From: Chrysemys picta bellii
Taxonomy: Eukaryota
Assembly (NCBI RefSeq): GCF_011386835.1
Contig: NC_088798.1
Location: 2,790,001-2,854,000 of the forward strand
Direction: 5' to 3'
Length of the DNA: 64,000 nucleotides
Below the pieces are notes generated by a model. That model was not told the origin of the DNA, did no database searches, and saw nothing but the letters and a program-made list of their open reading frames with translations. The stretch's first letter is position 1. Each line of letters starts with the position of its first letter. Made by a program: the position numbers and the translations under genes. Below are positions 29,604-40,900 of this stretch, one piece after another.

Positions 29604-31708
29604 TTCCACATCAGAGGGTAAGAATCTACTACATCTACCATGTGATAGTTATTCTTTTAGCTCAGGTGGTAGAGGTCCTGTGTTCCATCCCATGGTGTTG
29701 GTGGGGAAACCATACCCGTGCAAGCGCATACACACCCAGAGCAACAACTGTTACTAGATGGCACCAGCTGATCGATACACGGGCGAGTGCATACGCCCAT
29801 TGTTAGTAGACAGTACCAGCTGAGCAGATGCGTCTCTTCATAATGCCAGTTTTATTAATACCGATTGGTTCCATTCAGCCCAGGTGTGATCCGATAGAAC
29901 TGGGCTGAGCTCAGTGGAGTTACAGCCACTCACCCCAGGTCTGGATTCGCACTATCCCATCTAACACGCCTATAATCGATCGCTCTAGGCTGCAGCTTGG
30001 CCCATTATAGAAGTGACACTCTCCCTGCTTAACATGTAAACCCACAGCTGGTGCAGGGCCCGGTGTGAACCGAATGGTTTGGAGGGAGGCTGGCGGGCAC
30101 AGAAGCCCTTAGTCTGGGGGTCTCTGCTCTGGGGAATACCCATGCTGTATGGTGCAGTTGGGTGAACACCTGCTCTTCAGGCAGGGTAAAAGTCAGCCCC
30201 TGCCGGGGATGGTTTAGCAGTATCCAGAGAAGGGGATGCAGCCCAAACAAGGTGGTGACCCCTCCACCTTCCCACCTTGCTTCCCAGAGTCCCCCTTGAA
30301 AACCATTGAAGGAAAACGGTGCTGCTTTGGCTCAGACACTAGCATGGAGAATACACACGATTTGTTTCTGTTCCACGAGCCGGTTCAGTGGTAACAGGTG
30401 ATTCTCCCATACGCTCCCCTACAAGACACTGCTAGTCCAGAACTACTTCAAGGGTGACATCCCCAAATGAGCAGCCTTCGCTCCCCCCGCTCCTACCCAC
30501 ACCAGTTGCTGCTCCCCTTGATGGGAGAGCCTCCTACCTGCACCAGGAGTCCAGCCTGTCCCTTTTTGTCCCACCAACGTCCAGGCAGCGAGAGAGCCTT
30601 TACGTTCTCCCTTTAAATACCTCCCCAGGGCCATAAACCACATTCCTCAGGGTGATGGATTGGGGGTTATCGCCAGGCAGAGAACAGGGAACTCACAGGG
30701 AGGGTCACACCAGCTATGCCTCTTCCACTGTAGAGCTGTGTCCTGAATTTAACTGAGCCCCTCTGGCGAGGTATAGCCAGCACTCCGACTCCCAGCGCTC
30801 CCAGCTCGTCCTGCTGTCCTCACGCAGGCCTGCCTGGCCCGTGGCACATGGCCGCTAACATCAAATGGGCATTGCCTGCTAACTCCCCGTGTAGCAGAGA
30901 TTCGGGAGAGATCCATGCACAGATGCATCCTGGGCTTCCTGCTCAACCTCCGCAGTAGCGCCTGGCATTGCTGCCAGGAACAGGGACCTCTGGGTCATTT
31001 GCACACATGAAGCGCTGCACTGTGGGTTGGCGTTGGGAGGACCAGCTGAACCTAACGCAGAGGCAATGCTTGGAGCTTCCATCCACGCTGGAGGGAAACC
31101 GTGGCAGCTGGCTCTGGTTATGGGGAACCCAGGCCTGGAAAACGCCTGGTTTTGATTGCGTGTGGTGTGCAGACAGTGCAGGCTCAAGGCATTCCAAGCA
31201 GGGTCATGCAGAGAGAGATCAGGCAACTGCTCTGTGCCACTGCGTCTCTTTGCTCCCATAAGATTCAGCAGAATTTAAGATGTGGGTGTTGTTGTTGTTT
31301 TAATTAAAGTTTCTAGCCTTTCTTGTTGCAAAGAAACCTTGTGAAGGTAACCTGACCCCCCCTCTATCTGCAAGGAGACAGAGACAATGGTTCTAAGGGA
31401 GTGAATGGGGGGTTTATTCTGGAGCCTAATGACAACAGTGAACATTGGAACATTAACTCTTTCATTGCTGACTAATGTAGCCAAAGCATCCAGCTCCTCT
31501 GGGGCTGTGGTGGATTTTGGGGTTAGGAGCAGAGCTGGAGTAGGTGACCAGCCCAATTTCCCCCCTACTCTGAGCCCTGGTTTTAAGCAATGATTTAAAA
31601 TTGCACCAGTTTAACCTACACTGAGAATTTCAATTGATTTAATTCAACAAACCTCTTATTCCAGACCAACCGTTTTGTGGTTGTTGCTGTTTGTTTTTTG
31701 TATTAGCT

Positions 31709-32085
31709 CAGGGGTTCTCAAACTTCACTGCAGCGCACCCCCTTTCTTACAACAAAAATCACTGCATGACCCCAGGAGGTGGGGACCGAAGCCTGAGCCC
31801 GCCCTGGGCAAAGGGGGCCAGGGCCAAAGCCCAAGCCCCATCACCCTGGGGTGGGGTGGGGGGGGAAGCCATAGCCCATGGGCTTCAGCCCCAGGCAGGG
31901 GGCCTGTAACCCTGAGCCACACCACCAAGGGCTGAAGTCCTCAGGCTGGGCTTTGGCCCCGGGCAGTGGGGCTTGGGGTTTGGCCCTGGGCCCCAGCAAG
32001 TCTAACGTCAGCCCTGGCACTTCCATTAAAATGGGGTCATGAGCGACCCACTTTGGGGTCCCAGCCCACAGCTGGAGAACTGCTG
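31709..32085. mobile_element. hAT-Charlie-like non-autonomous DNA transposon
   Basis: TIRs CAGGGGTTCTCAAAC / GCTGGAGAACTGCTG; 8-bp TSD TATTAGCT/TATTAGTT. Confidence 0.85.
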
Positions 32086-33535
32086 TATTAGTTTAATTCA
32101 AGTGAGAACAGGAATAAGCAAAAGCAAAATAAGTCCCTCTTATACTGAAGTAATTGTGCCCACACATGGGTTTGCATTGGTTTAAAAATGAGATCAGCTA
32201 AACCGGTGTAACGTTCCCATGTCGACAAGGCCTTAGAGAGAGAAAATGTACTAGTAGCATCCACAGCGTTAGCTCTAACGCACTAGGGCATATGATTCCT
32301 CAGTGTTGCCAACTCTCATGATTTTGTCAGGAGTCTCATGACCATTCTTGTTTTCCTTCAAGCCCCAGCGCCTGGAGTCAGGTGGATCTGTGACGGTTTC
32401 AGCCTCCATTCTTTAAGAAAAAGTAAGTTTCTAGCCCTCGTGGCTGAGGAGAAAGCTTCAAAATGTGACCCCCAGCACACCCTAAAGGGTCAAAAAGCAG
32501 AAGGCAAATAAAACAAACCCCCAAATCGATTATTTTTACATAATCTTGTGATTTTATAGCCAATCTCATGATTTTTGGTGAGCCTGAATCACCTCCCTTC
32601 ACTTCATTGAACACAAGAGAAAAACTCCAGCCAACCTCTCCGCTTCTCTGCCCGGGAACAGCGGATGGGGGAACCCTGAAGGCATTGAATTCTTCTGCAC
32701 TGTGCTGGGGCAGCCTGGCCCTTTAAGAGCTGGACCAGGCCTGTGTGACCCATCTAATTAGCCCTGCCTGTCACACCTGGGAGATTAATCAGCAGAACCA
32801 GCTGAGTCGGGAGGGGCTGGTTCCCCGAACTGCACAGAGCGGGAGGCCCAGGGAGAGAGAACTCGGGTGAGGGGGGCAGTGAGTAGGCTCCCCGTAGGGA
32901 GTCCTGAGTCTTCAGAAAGAGGCTGCAGGCCGGGAGAGCCTGGGTGACCCCCCTCCCCCTGTCATCATAGGAAAGATGGGGAGTACAGACTTGATGGGGA
33001 TTTTAAGAAACTTTGTTTGGGGAATGGTTTTGTTCTTTTAAGAAACCCAGCCTGGGGGGCAGGGCAGTAGCTGAACCAGAGAAGAGTTTGTTGGGTAGCT
33101 TGAGTGAGTGAGCGAGCCCTGAAAGTGGGGAAACCGAGGCAGGGTGCCAGCAGAGTGACCTCAGCCCATGAGGGAGTGCCCAAGAGGTGGCTGCTCTGTT
33201 CACAGGCAACCATTCCGCCTTTGAGACTCTGACCAGATCGGCGTTCCTCAAGCATCTCTTTATTGAATTACTGAGGTGAGTGCCCTTGGTGGGAACGTGA
33301 CCATGTTTGTTCAATGCTAGAAAGGAGCCAGTTTCTCACAGAATGGTGGATTTGAACTAACTTCCCTTGAGATTCAAAAGGAAAGCTGCAATGGGACGTA
33401 AAATAGTTTCCAGTCTCTTGAGTGAGGCTACCACACAGCTAAACTAGTTACAATGCTCTGTCTCTGCCGGGGCGGGGGGATAACAAAACACAAAGTCATG
33501 AAGCAGGCGTGGTGGAAACCTAACATGTCAAGCTA

Positions 33536-33773
33536 GGTTTCAGAGTAGCAGCCATGTTAGTCTGTATCCGCAAAAAGAACAGGAGTACTTGTGGCCCCTT
33601 AGCAACTACCACATTTATTAGAGCATAAGCTTTCGTGGGCTACAGCCCACTTCTGCGGATGCATATAGAGTGGAACATATATATGCATCCGAAGAAGTGG
33701 GCTGTAGTCCACAAAAACTTATGCTCTAATAAATGTGTTAGTCTCTAAGGTGCCACAAGTACTCCTGTTCTTT
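33536..33773. mobile_element. Penelope-like element termini in inverted (head-to-head) arrangement, with hammerhead-like motifs
   Basis: Arms ~33574-33666 and 33681-33773 are reverse complements; each carries C.G.AGAAGTGGGCTGTAG.CCAC.AAA.CTTATGCTC. Confidence 0.8.
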
Positions 33774-36700
33774 ATGTCAAGCTGGGATGACCAGCACTGC
33801 AGCTGCAGGCAGATGCACAAAGAACGTCCGGCCCTCCCAGGAGCTTTCTGGGGTTTGCTTTCGAGCGTGGCATCCATGTCCCGGTAATGCTCTCACCTTC
33901 CTGCCTGGATGTGTCCTCCAGCTGCATTTCCTGCTGGAATCCTCCCGGACCGCCCTCGGGGTACTGACCTGCTAGTCAGGGCGTGTTAATGAAGATATTT
34001 TGAAACATGTTAGATTAAAGCCTGATGTTCAATTTCTTTGTTTAATTTACATATGCAGATTAAGTATATTTTTCTGCAGCCCCTCTGGGTCTTCTATATT
34101 TAACTGGCATTGAGAAAACTAAATGCATTATCTTGTTAACCATTTTTTATTTCCACAAGGTGGGGAAGAGGCTGAGCTATCCAGGTGCTGTGGCTTAAAA
34201 GACTCTCCTTTCCTCAAACCCTTCTGGAAGGAAACCGTGTATCACCTGAGCGTCTTGGCTGTGCTAATCCCCCTCACTTTCATACCCCGGTGGATATTGA
34301 TCCCGCCTTGGTGTTGAGTAATTTAGAGAATTTTTTCACTTCAAGGTCCCAGAAGCAAAGGCAAGGTTTTCATCCCGAGGCCAAAAGACCAAAAACATCA
34401 AGACACTTGATCACGGCCTTGGATAGACCAAGAGACTACTAACACTTTGACCACAGCTCAAAGAGCCGAGAAGTTTGCTGCTGCGTGTTTCGGACTTACC
34501 CTGAAGTACCCCCCTGGAAGAAAGCATTGGTGGGATATAAATAAATGCTCAAATCAAAACAAAGCAACAACATATGGGGTGGGAGCTCCTTGCCAAGCAG
34601 AGATTTCGGAGCGATATTCTTTGCAGCAAATGCTGCTTCCTCTAACGGGGATATCAATGTGTTCCTTGGATCTCTTTCTCATCTCCCAGTCCTGCCTTAC
34701 CTCTAGTGCTGGTATGTCTGATAAGGCCAGTTATAGCATCCTGCACCCCTTTCTTCCCCGTCCCCACTCAGATCTTTGCACCCGCTGAAGCTGTGGTAGC
34801 TAGGGGAGAATCTGGCCTGACGGTTAGGGGAGATCCAGGCCACGCTGGAGCAGGTCACCTTGGGAGCTAGTCGGTTCCCAGGAGAGGGCGTCAGGTTTGG
34901 GGTGTGTCCGGTGAACCTGCTTGGCCTTCCAGTGCTGAGGCTGAGTGAATGTTAATGAAACGTTCCCCGTAACTCTGCCATTCCTTCCTGGGGCCAGTAC
35001 GTCCCTCCACAGAGGGTTAACGCCAGCCTAGACCGCTCCTTTCCCTGGCGTCCTGGGAAGTCTCAGTTCCCAGAGCCTGGTGACCTTGGAGAAAGGAAGG
35101 AATTAACTCCCTGCCACCCACTGCTCTGTCCCCCGCACAGCCCTTGCTCCCTCCCGTCTCATTTCAGCCTCTGCCTCCTTGAGCCTTTGTGTGCCCGGAT
35201 TCTTTCACTGGCCGCAGCGACTCTTCCAAGGAGGAGCTGTGGCAGCTGGAGTGAAGGACTCTGGGGTTCAGGGGGATCCCCAATGCTGCCCGGGGGTGGG
35301 GCTAGCTGGGCAGAAACTCCACAGGCAGAGGGCAGGGCCCTGGTGAGGGGCTGAGGTAGGAGTGTCAGCACTCATACAGCCTATGCTCACGTCTTCCTTT
35401 GCCTGCAGCGGACGTATCCCTTGAACTCTGCCTTGGCCCTGCACTGGGTAGGGGATGATTTACAACCCCTCTGCTCCCTTCTCCTCTTTCCCACTGGAGC
35501 CCAGCTCAGAGGAGAGGGTGGTAAACAGCCCTGATTTACAGCAGGCCTGCTCCGGTGACAGCTTCCCTGTGCAAAGGGTGCAAATCACCCACTGCAGGGC
35601 GGGGCCAGGCCGGGCTGGGCGGCCCAGGAGAAGTCCGCAGCGGTGGGAGGGATACACGGACACTGCTGACGCTGTCCCCCGAGAGGCCGAACCCCCTGTG
35701 AAAGCGTCGGCCTGGCTCTGGACGCTGCCCTGCACAGAGCGACGTGGGCTGGCCCGAGTGGAAACGGGGTTCCTCCACACGTCCCTGGGAAAGGAGGCGG
35801 GATCCCAGCAGCGGCCGCGGCTGTTACAGTGTCAGGGGCCTCATAAAGATAAGCTGTGGAGTCGATCGCCAGGAAAAGTTGGCCTCGGGTTGAAGCGATT
35901 ATGGCTGCTCATAAAACCATCCTTCATCCTCAGCTGCTTTGCCTGTGGGCCTCAGGGAGGGGTCCCCTTTGCTGGCTTGCCCTGGCTCCAGCAGCATGCC
36001 AGCTGGCTGCAGGCAGGGTTGGTTCACGGCGGGAAGGAAGTGGCAGCAAGGAGGGGTGGGCATGAGGCTGGGGTTCAAAGGAGGAAAACCAGGAGCTCCT
36101 CATTACTCCAACAAGGATAAAAATGCCCCTCACCAGCCGCCTGCCTCCCCACACAGCCAGCGGCCCTGACACAGCTCTGCACTGGGGCCCCTGGAAGCAT
36201 GAGCCAGAGAGGTCAGACAAGGGTTTGGGGACTGGGTGGTTGTGGCTGGATCTGGCCCTTTTCTGAGGCCGACACCCATGTGGTCCAGCAGCAGGGCCGG
36301 CCAGCTGCAAAGCCTGCTTAGCTCGGCACTTCTCAGCTTCACGCTGCGCTCTGCACGCTGAATGAAGCCTCCCACCCAGCCCCAGGGCCATGTCAGCTTT
36401 ACCCCACACAGCAGCTGGGGGCACAGAGAGGAGCAGACCTGCCCACAGCCCCCCAGACAGGAAGTGGCAGAAGAGGAATTAGACTGTGGCGTTCCTGGCT
36501 CCCACTCCTGTGCTCCGGCCACTAGCCCACACCCCTGCCATGCTCAGGCCTAGGGAGCCCTGGAGCCACAGGATGTGGGGCTGACGTCAGCGACCCTTGC
36601 GGCAGCAGGGTGGGCGTGGTGACCGGCTGCCTCATAAACAATACACGCAGGGCCAAATCCTGAGCTCCTTAGCCCGAGCCAAGGGGAGAGGGGAGCTGGC

Positions 36701-36822
36701 CTGTTCTGCTTTGCGTCTTCCCAGCGTTTTACGTCCCTGCAGCAATAACTGACTCGCCTCCCAGATGTTAAAGGGACAGGAGCTCAGCTCTGCGGCCGCC
36801 CTCGTGCCCCGGGACACTGTTC

Positions 36823-36828
36823 TTTATT
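36823..36828 (-). terminator. Candidate polyadenylation signal of the LRR gene
   Basis: First AATAAA on the minus strand after the stop at 37971 (~1.1 kb 3' UTR). Confidence 0.5.
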
Positions 36829-37970
36829 AGCGCCATTGGGTTTGGGGGCCCAGGAGCTGTGGCCGGTTCCCTCTCTGCCCTGCAGGGAAATGCAGGGACT
36901 CTGCCCGTCTCTGGACAGCAAGAGCCGCGAAGACACCTCACCGTTGGGTCCTTCCTCTTCCCCCAGTGACCCTGCTCTGTCCCCAGCAGCGCAGCCTTGG
37001 ATTTCCAGGGCCTGATTCTCCTCCCACTCATGCCAGTTTTGCTGCCGGGTCACCCCAGTGGCTTTGATGGAGATATTCCCGACCTGCACCCCGAAGGCAG
37101 GAGCAGAACCAGTGCCCTGGCCTCTACCCAGACCCCAGGCCAGGGGTGGGAGCGTGGCAGAGGCCTGCTTGGGTCTAATTTTCAAGCCTGAGGGAGACGA
37201 AAACCTGTCCCAAGCCTTTTTCAGACCCACCCCGTGTCAGTGCCACCACCTCGTTCTTGGGGCTCGGCTGGGCAAGGGCTTCCCGCTCCCCATGCCCGTG
37301 ACCTGTCTCCAGCTGCCTCCTGCCCACGGGGTCGCACTGACAGCTCCGTGCCCCCTGCTTGGTGCATATGCGGTGGAGCAAGAGGTGCTGCGGCTCCTCG
37401 ACACGCTTCCTCCGCTGCGTGCCCAGGCCGGCAGGAGCGGGGCACACAGCCGCTGCGGTGCCAACCCCCTGGGCAGGAGGAGGGGAGCCGCGCCGTGCCT
37501 GAGAGGGTCGGATAGTTTTCCAGGGCATTCAGGGAGCAGCACAAAGCCCTGCTAAGGACGGCTGGCCCTGAGCGCCAGTCGTGGGCGGCCGCGGGAGCCT
37601 ATGATGGGCTGGTGAGACTCAGGCTCCGCATTTGGGACAGACGGCGTTATACGCTCCTGCCTGGTGGGAGTGTGTGGGAAGACCGGACCGTGACAGGCCA
37701 AGGGGGTGGGAATTCGGAAGGCAGCACGTCCCGCTCTGCAATGAGCCAGCCGAAGTCATTTCCAGACATTTATACCTCACGTACAATCGCTCTCGCTCCA
37801 GTCCAATGGATCGACATGACAACGGTCGTTTGAGTGACAAGCTCAATTCACTGCCCTCCAGCCGCATCCCGCGCTAGCTCCCACCCTCTCCCACCCCTGG
37901 GAGCGCGCTGGGTGTCAGCAAGGGCAGGGTACGGCCCCAGGTTCCCGGGACACCCCTCACGGGCCAAGCC

Positions 37971-40900
37971 TCAGTGCAGGTCAATGGTCTCGTACTCCTG
38001 CTGGTCGGAGTCCTCCAGCTCGATGGCAGGCACCAGGTTGTAATAATCCACCGCCTGGCCCATGTAGAGCTTCTCTCGGTCCACCGAGTCCTTCAGCACG
38101 TCCGTCACGCTCACTGTCTCCGCTTCCGGGTCGCTGCCCGCCAGCTCCTCTGCCGCCGGTGCCCCCGCGGGGCCCGTCTCCTGGCTGAGGCTCCCTTGGT
38201 TGACCAGCACAAAGGAATCCTCCAAGGCCCCCAGCTTGATTTCCACCTCTTCGTAGAGGTCCCTGTTGCTCCCCAGCAGGGCGGTGGAGGGCTTCAGCAG
38301 GACCTGGTTCCTCAGCAGTGTGTTTTTCTCGCTCTCGGCTGGGGCAGTGGGCGGCTCACACTGGATGTAGCGGTGAGGCTCTGCCAGCCCCTTGGCACCG
38401 TTCCTCTCCACTGTGGCCAGGTGGCACTCCGGCCTGCGGCTGAGGGCGTAGCCCGTCTTTCTCTTCTGCCTGCAAAAGCACCAGGCGACCAGGGCTAAAA
38501 CGACCACCAGGGGCAAGCAGATGAACAGGGCGGTCAAGCTGTGGGCCCGGCAGAGCTCCTGCTTACGGATGTCTCGGAGGTCCATGCTGCGGTAACGCTC
38601 TGGGGTGCTGCACACCACGACAGGGCCCTGCATGTCCCCGCTGGGTGGCTCTGGGGGATACTTCTCCAGGTCACCAAGCAAGGCGCAGGTGCAATCCCAG
38701 CTATTGTTGGCGAGGCCGAGCCTGGTGAGAGAGGGCTTAAAGACACTGGCGGGAAGGGAGGCCAAGTCATTGAAGCCAAGGTGAATCTCTTGGATTTGGG
38801 TGGAAGCTCTCAGGAAGGATTTGGGCAGCTTGCGAAGCTTGTTGCTGTCCAAACGAAGGACCCTCAATCGCGGGGCGTCTTCTAGGAAACTTTCTGGAAG
38901 CTTTTCCAACTGATTGTGATCCAAGTGCAAGATCTCCAGCCTGCCGGGCGCACCGGGCGCATTGACAATGTCCACCACGCCGCAGTGCGAGAGGTATAGC
39001 TCTCTCAGGCCTGTTACTCCACCGAAGAGGCTCCAGTCCAGGGAGCCAATTTCAGCCCCGGTGAAGTTCAAACAGCATGTCTGGCGGGCCGGAGCTGCCT
39101 GAAAATCCGAGAAGGCCACGGCGGTACTGCAGTTGCAGGCTTCCTCCACAGTTCCTAGAGCAAGTTGCGTGGTGAGCAACAGCCCAGCCCAGAGGATGAA
39201 TGCCCACAGCTCGCGACCTAAAGCAAAGAGGAGAGGAAAATAGATTAGTGATTTCTTCTGAGTAAAAAAAGGTTTGTAACTAACTCACAACATTTCTTGT
39301 ACAGCAAACACCAATCGCTGAGTAAGCTGCAGTTCGATCCGTTTAATGCCGGGGTGGCCAACCTGCGGCTCCGGAGCCACCTGCGGCTCTTCAGAAGTTA
39401 ATGTGCGGCTCCTTGTCTAGGCACCGACTCCGGGGCTGGAGCTACAGGTGCCAACTTTCCAATGTGCGGGAGGTGTGGGGGTTGCTCACTGCTCAATCCC
39501 TGACCCTGCCACAGGCCCTGGCCCCACTCCACCCCTTCCTGCCCCCTCCCCTGAGCCTGCCGTGCCCTCGCTCCACCCCCCCCCCCCAAGCCTCCTGCAC
39601 GCCACAGAACAGCTGATGGGGAGGTGCGAGGAGGAAGGGGGAGGCACTGATCGGCGGGGCTGCCGGTGGATGGGAGGTGCTGGGAGAAGCTGCTGGGGGG
39701 CTGCTGACATATTACTGTGGCTCTTTGGCAATGTACGTTGGTAATTTCTGGCTCCTTCTCAGGTTCAGGTTGGCCACCCCTGCGTTTAATGGGTCAATTT
39801 AACTATTGGGGAATAGTTTCTCTCTTCAAAAACTTTCCAAACTTTATCTGTACAAGGGTCACTTCACCCAGCCCTGAAAAGTAGCCGTTTCTGGGGTGGA
39901 ACCCCACAGCGTACAGTCATTCTGCAAAGCGACTTAAGCTAGGCGGTGAAAAAGAATCCTACCCTAACTGAAATACAGGGAAACAGCCTGCAGGTACCCA
40001 GATGAGAACTTAGCAAAGGCCGGCCCTGCTGCTCTTCTGAAACCTGCCATGGGATCTTTAACAACAATGAATGTTCAGAGCCGCCGTTGTATGTGTCGTG
40101 GGAAAGATGGCACCCCCCAGCAGCAGCACACCGCCCCCTATTGGCAATGCATGTTTAGCCACTATCGCTACTTATAGGTAATTCGAGGGATTGTGCCACC
40201 TTTAGCATCTCACATTAAAACATCCTGCAGCAGGGGAGAGGAAAGGGTTGGGGTGACCCCCCCCCGTCCTTCTTTTGAGCCCTAAATATCTGTGACCCAC
40301 TAGCATCTCCCAGTTGCATCTGGCATGAAAGGAGGGAAGAGGTGAGGGGAGGGACTTTCCTTTTTCAGCCACTAACTAAATTCACCCACCCGCTCTAACC
40401 CCTTCCCGAGAATGAACCCGCCTGCCCCCCGCACGCTGCGTCCATCTAGGACTTCCCTCTGACTGAGCACGAGACCAGGGCTGATTCTGGCAGGCAGCTG
40501 ATGTCAAGCTTCTAATACAGTGTCTGAAGCAACCCAGCCCTGGCGCAAACAAACACGGGCAGGAGCCCTGCCTCTGAGCTGGCCAGATCCTGCTGCTCTG
40601 CGAAGGGTTACCTGCACCAGGTAATCAGCTCGGCGCTCAAGAGCACCCTGATTACACCTGCTCCAGAGGAGAGCAGTTCCCCAGGCAACGGCTGGGCAAT
40701 TGTCAGCTCTCGTACTGAAAAGGGGCGTGTGTTGGGCAAACCACCAAGGCGGCGTGTGGGAATCACCCGCCCTAAGGCACAGAGATTGACTGGGTACCCA
40801 CGACCCTGCAATACTTGGCCAACGAGTGATCCAGATTCCTAGGACGAGGGGTGTCGGCGGCGTCTATGCTGCACCGACAGGACCATGGACTCAAAGGGCT

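Noticed and set aside
32700-32960. Possible Gypsy solo-LTR
   Set aside because: General resemblance only; no TG...CA termini or TSD could be defined.
35455-36120. 221-aa ORF (similar: 42202..42876, 44968..45597, 54804..55379)
   Set aside because: GC-rich sequence with few stops, no recognisable domains, no consistent splice signals.
37974-38885. Plus-strand ORFs of 174 and 114 aa
   Set aside because: Antisense shadows of the LRR coding exon.
39286-39293. Nearby ATGTT|GTGAGT as first exon of the LRR gene
   Set aside because: Wrong phase (2) for the exon 2 frame; the CpG-island exon at 47243-47261 gives the right phase and a signal peptide.
39332-39340. tRNA B-box-like GTTCGATCC
   Set aside because: No A box or cloverleaf.
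40608-40811. ORF ending in a CAG|GTAACC donor within the LRR intron
   Set aside because: The phase-1 frame contains a stop; could at most be a non-coding alternative exon.
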